Source: Candidatus Entotheonellaceae bacterium
Lineage (GTDB): Bacteria; Tectomicrobia; Entotheonellia; Entotheonellales; Entotheonellaceae
Assembly (NCBI GenBank): GCA_965238075.1
Contig: OZ250173.1
Coordinates: forward strand, 683,145 to 747,144
DNA: 64,000 nucleotides
Direction of reading: 5' to 3'
Shown piece after piece: positions 47,961 to 56,705 of the stretch (positions within the stretch are counted from its first letter, which is position 1; each line of letters begins with the position of its first letter). The notes beneath the pieces were generated by a model. The model was given only the letters and a program-made list of their open reading frames with translations, was not told the DNA's origin and ran no database searches. The position numbers and the translations under genes are program-made.

Positions 47961-48687
47961 GACGCTCCGGGACGCCTTCCATATGACGCCGCATCCGCAG
48001 ACACCGGGGCAGCCCCGCGTTACCCTCAGCAAGAAAGCCTCGGCACCGGCGCCCACTCGCTTGGGCGTCCTGGGCGGCGCTTACAATCCCATCACCCTGG
48101 CGCACCTGGCTGTTGCCGAGGCCGCCATGACGCGTTTCAGCATCGACGAGGTGCTGTTTCTGCTGCCGCAGGTACCGCCGCACAAAACGATCTTCGGCGC
48201 CTCCCTGGAGCAGCGTCTGGAGATGATGCGATTGGCGGTCGAGGACGCCCCGTATGCCGCCGTGGGGCTCAGTTCCCACGGCCTGTTCGTTGACATGTAC
48301 GAGGGTCTGCTGGCGGTCTACCCACAGCGCCCGCAGGTGTATTTTCTCACCGGTCGCGACGCCGCTGAACGCATCCTTGCCTGGCACTACGACGACGCCG
48401 AAGCAGCTCTGAAACGTATGTTCGAATCCTTTCAATTCATCGTCTGCTCGCGTCAAGGGGCTTTCAGCCTGCCGGACGACCCGCTTCTGACGCCGTACCG
48501 CGACCGCATCCACAGCTGCGAATTGCCGCCGCAGGCCGACGCGATTTCCGCCACCGAAGTGCGTGAGCGGTGCGAACGGGGTCTGCGCATCGACGACCTC
48601 GTGCCCGCCCCGGTGGCCGATTACATCGCGGCGCACAAGCTATATGCAGCCTCATCTTCCATGCAAGGTATCGACCCATGCACATAG
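47947..48687 (+). CDS. nadD: Nicotinate/nicotinamide-nucleotide adenylyltransferase-like cytidylyltransferase
   Basis: LGVLGGAYNPITLAHL corresponds to the (H/T)xGH region, but reads TLAH rather than HxGH. The C-terminal ISATEVRE matches the ISSTxIR motif. The start is uncertain (47947 or 47983). Confidence 0.65.
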   Translation: MPRIRTLRDAFHMTPHPQTPGQPRVTLSKKASAPAPTRLGVLGGAYNPITLAHLAVAEAAMTRFSIDEVLFLLPQVPPHKTIFGASLEQRLEMMRLAVEDAPYAAVGLSSHGLFVDMYEGLLAVYPQRPQVYFLTGRDAAERILAWHYDDAEAALKRMFESFQFIVCSRQGAFSLPDDPLLTPYRDRIHSCELPPQADAISATEVRERCERGLRIDDLVPAPVADYIAAHKLYAASSSMQGIDPCT

Positions 48688-49727
48688 GCATCATCGGACT
48701 CCCTTCCTGTGGCAAGACCACCGTTTTTCGCGCTCTGACCAACGCCGACGGGCAGACTTCGCGCGCCGGCGGTAAGGGCGATACCCGCGTGGTCGAAGTC
48801 CCGGACGCCCGCCTGCAAACGCTGGCGGGCCTGTACAATCCCCGCAAGGCCACGCCCGCCGTGATGTCGTTTGTCGATCCCGTCCTGACCGGCCAGGCGG
48901 GCGCGCATTTCGCCGAAAGCCTGATGACCCTGATGCGCGACGCCGACGCCCTGGCCCACGTGTTGGGTGTGTTCGGCGACGACGTTGACCCGTTGGGCGA
49001 TTTCAATGACCTCAACAACGAGATCTTGCTAGCCGATCTCGCCGTGGTGGAAAAGCGCCTGGAACGGGTTACCAAGGACCTCGGCAAAATGAAGCGGGCG
49101 GACCTGCAACGGGAGCAACAGTTGCTGCGTCGCTGCCAGGAAGCTCTGGAAACGGAATGCCCGCTGCGTCGTCTGCCGTTCAGCGAAGACGAGCAAAAAG
49201 TTCTGCGCGGCTTTGGCTTGCTGAGCAGCAAGGCCCAACTCGTAGTGCTCAATCTCGACGAGACCCGCCGCCCGGTCGCCGGGGAACTGGCCAGAGATTT
49301 CAGTGAAAAGCTGGCGGATGACGACGTGCAGATCATCACCGTATACGGGCAGATCGAGAGCGAAATGGCCCAGCTCGACCCCGAAGAAGCGGAGCTCTTT
49401 CAGCAGGATCTCGGTCTGCAGGAATCGGGGCTCCACCGTTTCATCCGGGCCTCCTACGCACTTCTCGGCCTGTGTTCATTTTTTACGGCCGGCGAAAAAG
49501 AAGTGCGCGCCTGGACCATCCCGCATGGCGCTGTGGCGCAGCAGGCCGCCGGCGTCATTCACTCCGACCTGGCCCGCGGCTTCATTCGCGCCGAGGTCAT
49601 CCATTACGACGACCTGGTGGCCAGCGGCTCCATGGCCAAGGTCCGCGAGGCCGGCAAATTACGCATCGAAGGCAAGATGTATCCGGTTCAGGACGGCGAC
49701 GTCCTGACCATCCGTTTCAACGTTTAG
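48678..49727 (+). CDS. ychF: YchF-type ribosome-binding ATPase/GTPase
   Basis: IGIIGLPSCGKTTVFRALT P-loop and a C-terminal TGS-like region AWTIPHGAVAQQAAGVIHSDLARGFIRAEVIHYDDL. Confidence 0.85.
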   Translation: MHIGIIGLPSCGKTTVFRALTNADGQTSRAGGKGDTRVVEVPDARLQTLAGLYNPRKATPAVMSFVDPVLTGQAGAHFAESLMTLMRDADALAHVLGVFGDDVDPLGDFNDLNNEILLADLAVVEKRLERVTKDLGKMKRADLQREQQLLRRCQEALETECPLRRLPFSEDEQKVLRGFGLLSSKAQLVVLNLDETRRPVAGELARDFSEKLADDDVQIITVYGQIESEMAQLDPEEAELFQQDLGLQESGLHRFIRASYALLGLCSFFTAGEKEVRAWTIPHGAVAQQAAGVIHSDLARGFIRAEVIHYDDLVASGSMAKVREAGKLRIEGKMYPVQDGDVLTIRFNV

Positions 49728-49751
49728 CAATTTGAAAGCAAGGAGCAAGAC

Positions 49752-50990
49752 ATGGCAGACAAGGCCCTGGAGGGCGTGCGCATTCTAGACATGACCCACG
49801 TGCAATCGGGTCCGTCCTGCACCCAGATTCTCGGATTTCTCGGCGCCGACGTGGTGAAGCTGGAGCCCCCCGGACGCGGCGACATCACCCGCGGACAACT
49901 GCGCGACATGCCGGACGTCGACAGCCTCTACTTCACCATGCTCAACTGCAACAAACGCAGCATCACCCTGAACCTCAAGAACGAGCAGGGAAAGACGATC
50001 TTCACCGAGCTGCTCAAGACCTCCGACGTGGTCGTCGAGAACTTCGGGCCGGGCGTGCTGGACCGTCTGGGCTTCCCGTGGGAGACGATCCAGACCGTCA
50101 ATCCGCGCGCCATCTACGCCTCGATCAAAGGCTTCGGCTCTTACGGCCCCAATAAGGACTTCAAGGCTTACGAGCCCATCGCCCAGGCCATGGGCGGCTC
50201 GATGAGCACCACCGGCCTGGCGGACGGGCCGCCGTTGTGCACGGGCTCGCAGATCGGCGACTCGGGCTCCGGCATCCACATGGTGGCGGCCATCCTGGCA
50301 GCGCTCTTCCAACGCACCCACAGCGGCCAGGGCCAGCGCGTCGAGGTGGCCATGCAGGACAGTGTCCTCAACCTGATCCGTGTGAAAATGCGCGACCACC
50401 AGCGGCTGCAGCGCGGCACCCTGCCCGAGTACCCGAACACCCACTTCGACGACGCGGTGCCGCGCTCCGGCAATGCCTCGGGCGGTGGGCATCCCGGCAC
50501 CGCCCTACGCTGCAAGCCCGGCGGCCCAAACGACTACATTTACGTGGTCTTCCAGCCGCAAATCTGGGACGCCCTGCTGCGCACCATGGAGCGCGAGGAC
50601 CTCGTCGACGACGAGCGCTATGCCACCCCGGCGGCACGCCTTCAGCGCCTCGACGAGGTGTACGGTTTGGTGGAATCGTGGAGCCTGAACTACACCAAGT
50701 TCGAGGTGATGGAGAAATTGAACGCCATCAACGTGCCCTGCGGTCCGGTGCTCGACAGCGCCGACCTGTTTGAGGACGATCACTTGCGGGCGCGCGACAT
50801 GATCGTTGAAGTGCCGCATCCGCAGCGCGGCTCCTTCAAGACCGTTGGCAGCCCGTTGAAGCTGTCGGATTCAGCGATCGAGATTACCTCGTCGCCGCTG
50901 CTGGGCGAGCATACCGCCGAGGTTCTGGGACAGGTGATGGGTTACTGCGCGGACGAAATCGACCAGCTGCGTCAGGACGGGGTGATTTAA
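49752..50990 (+). CDS. frc: Formyl-CoA:oxalate CoA-transferase (family III CoA transferase)
   Basis: Collinear with my recollection of Oxalobacter Frc: LEGVRILDMTHVQSGPSCTQILGFLGADVVKLE...DVDSLYFTMLNCNKRSITLNLK...VVENFGPGVLDRLGF...AMQDSVLNLIRVKMRDHQRL. Confidence 0.8.
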   Translation: MADKALEGVRILDMTHVQSGPSCTQILGFLGADVVKLEPPGRGDITRGQLRDMPDVDSLYFTMLNCNKRSITLNLKNEQGKTIFTELLKTSDVVVENFGPGVLDRLGFPWETIQTVNPRAIYASIKGFGSYGPNKDFKAYEPIAQAMGGSMSTTGLADGPPLCTGSQIGDSGSGIHMVAAILAALFQRTHSGQGQRVEVAMQDSVLNLIRVKMRDHQRLQRGTLPEYPNTHFDDAVPRSGNASGGGHPGTALRCKPGGPNDYIYVVFQPQIWDALLRTMEREDLVDDERYATPAARLQRLDEVYGLVESWSLNYTKFEVMEKLNAINVPCGPVLDSADLFEDDHLRARDMIVEVPHPQRGSFKTVGSPLKLSDSAIEITSSPLLGEHTAEVLGQVMGYCADEIDQLRQDGVI

Positions 50991-51011
50991 AGAAGGTCCC
51001 AACCAGTCACT

Positions 51012-51205
51012 GCAACACCCCCGACCGTCATAGGGGCGCCCCTTGTGGGTGCCCATTGTCCCGTGCAGGCGGGAACTCGCGGGGCGTGCACGAGGCCCGC
51101 CTGGGAGCAAACATGTACCCCCCAACCCCCCTTGTCAGGGGGGGCAGCGGTCACTCCGGGAGCCATTTTCATCACCCTTATGTGGCCTGCAAGGCCTGCC
51201 CTCGG
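51012..51205 (+). repeat. Repeat family A, copy A3
   Basis: gcaacacccccgaccgtcataggggcgccccttgtgggtgcccattgtcccgtgcaggcggg...cccgcctg...ccccccaaccccccttgtcaggggggg...ggcctgcaaggcc. Confidence 0.8.
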
Positions 51206-52268
51206 CTTCCGCCGGGGTGACGTTCTTTCGCCGGAGGCGAAGCGTCGCGGTATACTCTCTCCTCACAAATTGGCCGATTTGCAAGCGGGTGTGGCCCAAG
51301 CAGGAGGGTACAAAGTCCGACGTGCCGCGTAACAGGGTGTTCAGCATCCTGATGACCGTCTTGATCGGTAAGTTGTTCAGGTCCAGCGGCCCCGGCAGCG
51401 CGGGTTGTATGACGCAGGCCCGCTCACTGCGCGGCCCCCACATCTGTGGATCGGTGGGTCCGAACAACGCCAGGGTGCGGGTGCCGACGGCGGCCGCGAG
51501 ATGCGTGACGCCGGAATCGTGACCCGCGAAAACCGCACAGCGCGCCAATATCGCCCCCAACTCCGGCAAGGAAGCGGTTCGCAACACCTTCCACGACGGG
51601 CTGAGGGTAGTCAGTAACCTACCGACGCATCGTTCCTCCTCGGCCGGTCCGCATATCACCACGCCGGGAATCCCTTCCTCGGCGGCCCACGCCATCACCT
51701 GCCGCCAGCCTTCCAAGGGCCACAGCTTATGCCGCCCGCCGCTGCCGGGATGCACCGCCAACACGCCCTGTTCCGGTAAACCCGCCGATCGCCAGAAACG
51801 GTTAGCGGCTTGCTGGTGCGCCGCACTGGGATAGAAGCGGGGCTGGGCAGGCGGGGTGCGGCCCACAAATCGCAGCACAGGTTGCAGAAGGTGGTCCGTT
51901 GCGTGCACCCCGGTGCGCGGCTGTGGCGGCCAGGCAATGACCTCGCCGGGGCAGTACCGCTTGAGGTTGTCCGTGAATGTTGCGTCGGGCGCCGGAAGGT
52001 AGGACAGAATCAGGTCGAACCCGCTCAGGTAGGTCGCCAGTCGCTGCGGCAGCCGGGGTTCATGGCCGAACAACCGGTACAGCTCCCATTGCTCGGCGTC
52101 GGCGATGGCGTCGGCATAGGTAGGGTGACGCGCCAGACAGGCCCGCTTGGCGTCGCCCATGACGTCGATCCGGGCGCTCGGAAAGGCCAGCCGCAGGGCG
52201 CCAACCGCCGGCAGGGTGAGAATCAGATCGCCGATTGCCCCGCCGCGTATGACCAACACCCGCCGCAT
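51135..52268 (-). CDS. Glycosyltransferase family 9 (heptosyltransferase-like)
   Basis: MRRVLVIRGGAIGDLILTLPAVGALR...FAGHDSGVTHLAAAVGTRTLALFGPT. The last ~25-50 codons read into repeat A3, so the C-terminus is probably non-native. Confidence 0.8.
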   Translation of the reverse strand: MRRVLVIRGGAIGDLILTLPAVGALRLAFPSARIDVMGDAKRACLARHPTYADAIADAEQWELYRLFGHEPRLPQRLATYLSGFDLILSYLPAPDATFTDNLKRYCPGEVIAWPPQPRTGVHATDHLLQPVLRFVGRTPPAQPRFYPSAAHQQAANRFWRSAGLPEQGVLAVHPGSGGRHKLWPLEGWRQVMAWAAEEGIPGVVICGPAEEERCVGRLLTTLSPSWKVLRTASLPELGAILARCAVFAGHDSGVTHLAAAVGTRTLALFGPTDPQMWGPRSERACVIQPALPGPLDLNNLPIKTVIRMLNTLLRGTSDFVPSCLGHTRLQIGQFVRREYTATLRLRRKNVTPAEAEGRPCRPHKGDENGSRSDRCPP

Positions 52269-52286
52269 GCCGTCTCCCGCAGGCCA

Positions 52287-54158
52287 TCAGCCGCCATCGC
52301 CCGCAACCCTCGCTGCCGCGGGGGTTACCGGCAGGCCGGCCAGGCGCATGATCTTCAAGGCGTTCGTGGTCGGGCAAGGTCCCGGCCGCAGCCGGTAGTC
52401 GAAGACCATACGGCCGTCGCGAATCTCCTCCCGGAAATGGAAGTTGTGAATCCCCGGCACGGCCGCGGCCGTGCCGACGAGTTCCAGGTCGTGGGTGGAA
52501 ATCATGCCGACACCGCGGCCACTGGCGAGGGCCTCGATGTAAGCGCGGCTCCCGACCAGGCGCTCGTGGTTGTTGGTGCCGCGGAAAATTTCGTCGATCA
52601 GATACAGCAAGGGCGCTTCGTCCTCGGCGTTCAGGGCGGCCAGCAAGGCCTTGAGGCGCCGCACCTCGGCGTAAAAATACGAGATGCCATCGGTCACCGA
52701 ATCGGTGACCTGGATGCAGGTAAACAGCCGCAGCGGCACGGTGCGCAGTTTTTCGGCATGCACCGCGGCGCCGGCGTATGCCAGGCACAGGTTGACCCCG
52801 AGAGTACGTAGAAAGGTGCTCTTGCCGGACATGTTGGAACCGGTGATCAGGGCGATGTCGCCCGGCGCTTCGAAGCTGAAATCATTGTGCACGCGCTCGG
52901 CGTCCGGCAGCAGAGGATGTCCCAGGGCACGCGCCTGCAGCAGGGGTCGGGTCTGCGGCACGATCTCCGGAAAGGCATTGTCGGGGTGCAGGTAGCTGTA
53001 GGTGGCCAGAGCGTTCAGGGCCTCCAGGTCGTACCAGGTGTGAATCCACACCGGCAGCGTGGCTTTGGCCGACGCCTTATAGCGGTTCAGCCGATTGGCG
53101 AAGAACAGGTCCCACGGCACCAGAGCGTTCACCAGAAAGCCGAGCAGATGGCTCTGCTGCACACCGGCAGCGCCCGCGATGCGCACGATCTGACGCACCG
53201 ACGCCGACGGCCGGCTGGCGGCGCGCCAATACGGTTCGCAGAGCTTGGCAAGGTGCGGTGTCCTGCCGTAGGGGAAGCCCTCCAGGTAGATCAGTACGGC
53301 GCGCAAATGCCGCAGCACCCGTTCAAGCTGGTAGGCATCGGCGAACAGGCTGCGGGCCTCGCGGTGTTTGTAGGTATACAAGCCCAGATAGGCCAGCCAG
53401 GTTGCAGGCCACACGGGCGGCAGGTGACCCAGGGCGTACAGAACCGCGAGCAGGAGGTTGGCAAGCGCCAGCAAACCGAGGCCCCACACCCACGGCGTCA
53501 GCCGCGGCGACGACGCCTGCAGAAGCCAGTCGACGATCTTGTCGGCGGACCACCTCTCCTGCGGCCGACTGCCGAGCAGGACGCCGTGCAGGTTGAGTCG
53601 ATCACGGAAACGCGCCAGCGGCGCCAGCTCACGGATGATCTGCTGCCGCTCGCGCACCGCGTCGGCAGTGTTCAGGGGCTTCAAGAGCCAAGTGCGCAAC
53701 CGTGCGCAGCCGCCATACGAGGTGCTGGTGTCGAGGAGGTGGTGTACGGAACGCGGGCCGGTCAGACTGAGGTCGGCGGCGAACGGGTGTTCCGGGTCGT
53801 TCGGTATGTCGGGCGGTTGGGGAATGTTTGCCCAGTCATGGGTCAAGCGCGCGACGTGGGTGGACTTGATGTGTTTCCAGACGGCGTGCCGGACGGCACT
53901 GTGACGCACCCGGCGATGGCCAAACGCGGTCGCCACGAATGCGGCCCCAAATAGCCCGAGGGTGAGCCAGGCGATGCTGTTGCCGAGGAAACGCTCGGCG
54001 ACCAGCGCAGCGCAAATCCCTCCCAGCACCAGCGCGGTCCGCAGCCGCGAGAACTTCCGGCTCAGCCGGTCCAGGCGCAGCAAGCGGCCGTCCAGCCGCT
54101 TGATTTGACGTCGCAGCGCATCCAGTCTGCGCTGGCTGGCGTATGAGATCATAGGCAA
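52287..54158 (-). CDS. MutS-related protein (N-terminal TM region plus MutS domain V ATPase)
   Basis: ITGSNMSGKSTFLRTLGVN Walker A, LYLIDEIFRGTN, and STHDLEL, with several hydrophobic helices in the N-terminal half. Confidence 0.8.
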   Translation of the reverse strand: MPMISYASQRRLDALRRQIKRLDGRLLRLDRLSRKFSRLRTALVLGGICAALVAERFLGNSIAWLTLGLFGAAFVATAFGHRRVRHSAVRHAVWKHIKSTHVARLTHDWANIPQPPDIPNDPEHPFAADLSLTGPRSVHHLLDTSTSYGGCARLRTWLLKPLNTADAVRERQQIIRELAPLARFRDRLNLHGVLLGSRPQERWSADKIVDWLLQASSPRLTPWVWGLGLLALANLLLAVLYALGHLPPVWPATWLAYLGLYTYKHREARSLFADAYQLERVLRHLRAVLIYLEGFPYGRTPHLAKLCEPYWRAASRPSASVRQIVRIAGAAGVQQSHLLGFLVNALVPWDLFFANRLNRYKASAKATLPVWIHTWYDLEALNALATYSYLHPDNAFPEIVPQTRPLLQARALGHPLLPDAERVHNDFSFEAPGDIALITGSNMSGKSTFLRTLGVNLCLAYAGAAVHAEKLRTVPLRLFTCIQVTDSVTDGISYFYAEVRRLKALLAALNAEDEAPLLYLIDEIFRGTNNHERLVGSRAYIEALASGRGVGMISTHDLELVGTAAAVPGIHNFHFREEIRDGRMVFDYRLRPGPCPTTNALKIMRLAGLPVTPAAARVAGDGG

Positions 54159-54442
54159 TTCGACTCCGATCCCCTACCGGGCGCTTGAACACCACGCCGG
54201 AGTTGGCCGCGATACGGGTCTTCGCTGCAAGACCGCAATGGATCATGGCTCAGGTTGACGACGCTTGTGCCAATGTGCAAGGGTGTTTCCGGCGCTTCGT
54301 CGTTCGCGTACCGGCTGAACTGACGGCTCGGTGCAACCTTACGTTCTTTCAGGTCGATTGCAAGCCTTGAGTGCACGAGGCCTTTCGACATATCGTCGGT
54401 GTCCTCATGCTGGTCAATCCCATGAAAACAGCCCGTCCGATA

Positions 54443-54626
54443 CCATGCCCCGACCTTCGTGGGGTGCCCCTTGTGGATGCCCACTATCCCGTGCCAGCGG
54501 GAATCCACAGGGCGGGCACGAGGCCCACCTGGGGGAAACATGTAACCCCCCAACCCCCCTTGTCAGGGGGGCGGTCGCTCCGGGAGCCATTTTCATGGTT
54601 CTTGATGTGGCCTTGGCAAGGCCATG
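54443..54626 (+). repeat. Repeat family A, copy A4
   Basis: ccatgccccgaccttcgtggggtgccccttgtggatgcccactatcccgtgccagcggg...gggcgggcacgaggcccacc...ccccccaaccccccttgtcaggggggc...ggccttggcaaggcc. Confidence 0.8.
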
Positions 54627-54663
54627 GGAAATTACCATGGGAATAGACCGTCCGGTGTTCCCC

Positions 54664-54772
54664 TATCGTCATTCCGGCGAAGGCCGGAATCCAGTGACCG
54701 TTGTACCACAAAAACCTTTCGGACCCCGGCCCAGGATCCACTTCGAGGCAGGCTCTTCGCCGGGGTGACAGG
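54664..54772 (+). repeat. Repeat family B, copy B2
   Basis: atcgtcattccggcgaaggccggaatccagtgaccgttgtaccacaaaaa...ggaccccggc... Confidence 0.7.
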
Positions 54773-54823
54773 GGCCGCAAGGCAGCAGGACAACCTCAGG
54801 ACCTTGAACATGGAGCAACAAAT

Positions 54824-56686
54824 ATGTTTCAACGGCGAGAATCAGAAGGTTACGTTGGCACCGGCAGTTCATGGTGCCGTGAGCTTGGGACGGGCGGTGC
54901 GATCCACCGGGACAGGCGATGGCTGCGGCGAGGCGGGCGGGCCAGCGCTGTTCTCGCCGTTTTTGCAGCGCTGACCTTGCTCGCCTGCTCGGACGACAGC
55001 CCGAGCACCATTACCGACGAGCTCAAAAGGAATGCCGAGACGTTCGAGTATACCATCGGGGTACCCGACGGGTCCCTGACGTTGGCAACCGTCTCCGAGC
55101 CGCTGACCCTGAACCTGGCTCTGGCGAACGACGCCGGGTCGTCGAGCATCCTGGGATACCTCTTTGAGGGCCTGACTGAGACCTCATGGCTGACCGACGA
55201 GGTCCAGCCGGCGCTGGCCGAGTCCTGGGAACGCTCGGATGACGGCCTGGAGTGGACGTTTCACCTGCGCCAGGGCGTGACGTGGCACGACGGAACGCGC
55301 TTCACGGCGCACGATGTGGACTTCACCTTCAACGACATCATCTACAATGAGGACATCGACGCAAGCGCCCGGGCGACGTTCAACTTCCGGTTCCTGGACG
55401 AGGAAGGCGCTTGGATGGAAGCAAAAATGTCCGTCGAGGCGGTGGACGACCATACGGTCAGGTTCGAACTGCCGGTGCCGTTTGCCCCCTTCCTCCGTTC
55501 CATGGGCACGCCGATCTATCCCAAGCACATTCTTGAGGAGCACGTGGAGGCTGGCACCTTCGCCGAGGTGTGGGACATCGACACGGACCCGGGCGAGATC
55601 GTCGGCACCGGCCCCTTCACCATCGAGAGCTATGACCCCGGTGAACGCGTGATTCTGAAAGGCTACTCCAACTACTGGCTTGAGGACGGCCACGGCGACC
55701 CCCTGCCGTATCTGGCCGAGGTCAGGTATCTTATCGTGTCGGATCAAGCGGCTAGGCTCGGAAAATTCTGGACGAAGGAATCGGATGTTCTTGGCGTCTT
55801 AGGTGAGTGGCACGCTGGCCTCAACGCCTTGCAGGCAATACAAAACTTCACGATCTACCGGCGCGGTCCCACATTCGGGACGACATTCCTGGGATTCAAC
55901 ATGAATCCCAATGCTGTCGCGCCGGAGAAGCTGAACTGGTTCAGTAATAAGAGCTTCCGCCAAGCCGTGGCGCACAGCGTTGACAAGGACATGATTATCA
56001 ACGACATCCAGAACGGCTTCGGTTACCCGCAGTGGGCTTCCATCAGCCCGGCCGCGGGCGACTTCCACAACCCGAACGTCCGCCGGTACGAATACGATAT
56101 AGGCGAGGCCAACGCCATTCTCGACGGCCTCGGTTGGCGGGACACCGACGGGGACGGTGTGCGCGAAGACGCGGCGGGCAACCGCATCGAATTTTCGCTC
56201 CTGATCAGCGAGAACGCTGACACACTGGCGCGGATGACCAACCTGATCCGCGATGGCCTTGCGGATATTGGCGTTCAAGCAAACGTCAATGCCGTCGAAT
56301 GGGGTGACGTTGTGTCCCGGTTAACCGATTCCTACGACTGGGAGACCACGGTCGTCGGCTTTACGGGCGGGACCGACCCCCACGGCGGCATCGAACTCTG
56401 GCACAGCAGTGAGAACCTCCACCTGTGGTATCCGAACCAGCCACAGCCGGCGACGGATTGGGAAGCGGCAATTGACGACCTTTACGTCAGGGCCAGCCAG
56501 GAACTGGAGCGTGCCACGCGCGTAGATCTCTACCACCAAGCCCAGGAAATTGCGGCCGAGAACGTGCCGGTCATTTTCACGACACTGCCCGAACGGCTGG
56601 CCGCGGTGCGCAACGTCTTCGGCAACACCACACCCACGTTGTACGGGCTTTGGGACATCCGCTACCTGTATCGAATGGATCAATAG
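54824..56686 (+). CDS. ABC transporter substrate-binding lipoprotein, family 5 (paralog of 24020..25828)
   Basis: Start at the ATG at 54824, with a lipobox LTLLAC. DGSLTLATVSEPLTLN...YLFEGLTETSWLT is collinear with the other SBP. No permease or ATPase gene is adjacent. Confidence 0.85.
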   Translation: MFQRRESEGYVGTGSSWCRELGTGGAIHRDRRWLRRGGRASAVLAVFAALTLLACSDDSPSTITDELKRNAETFEYTIGVPDGSLTLATVSEPLTLNLALANDAGSSSILGYLFEGLTETSWLTDEVQPALAESWERSDDGLEWTFHLRQGVTWHDGTRFTAHDVDFTFNDIIYNEDIDASARATFNFRFLDEEGAWMEAKMSVEAVDDHTVRFELPVPFAPFLRSMGTPIYPKHILEEHVEAGTFAEVWDIDTDPGEIVGTGPFTIESYDPGERVILKGYSNYWLEDGHGDPLPYLAEVRYLIVSDQAARLGKFWTKESDVLGVLGEWHAGLNALQAIQNFTIYRRGPTFGTTFLGFNMNPNAVAPEKLNWFSNKSFRQAVAHSVDKDMIINDIQNGFGYPQWASISPAAGDFHNPNVRRYEYDIGEANAILDGLGWRDTDGDGVREDAAGNRIEFSLLISENADTLARMTNLIRDGLADIGVQANVNAVEWGDVVSRLTDSYDWETTVVGFTGGTDPHGGIELWHSSENLHLWYPNQPQPATDWEAAIDDLYVRASQELERATRVDLYHQAQEIAAENVPVIFTTLPERLAAVRNVFGNTTPTLYGLWDIRYLYRMDQ

Positions 56687-56705
56687 GCCCCAGCGGCAAT
56701 CCGGC

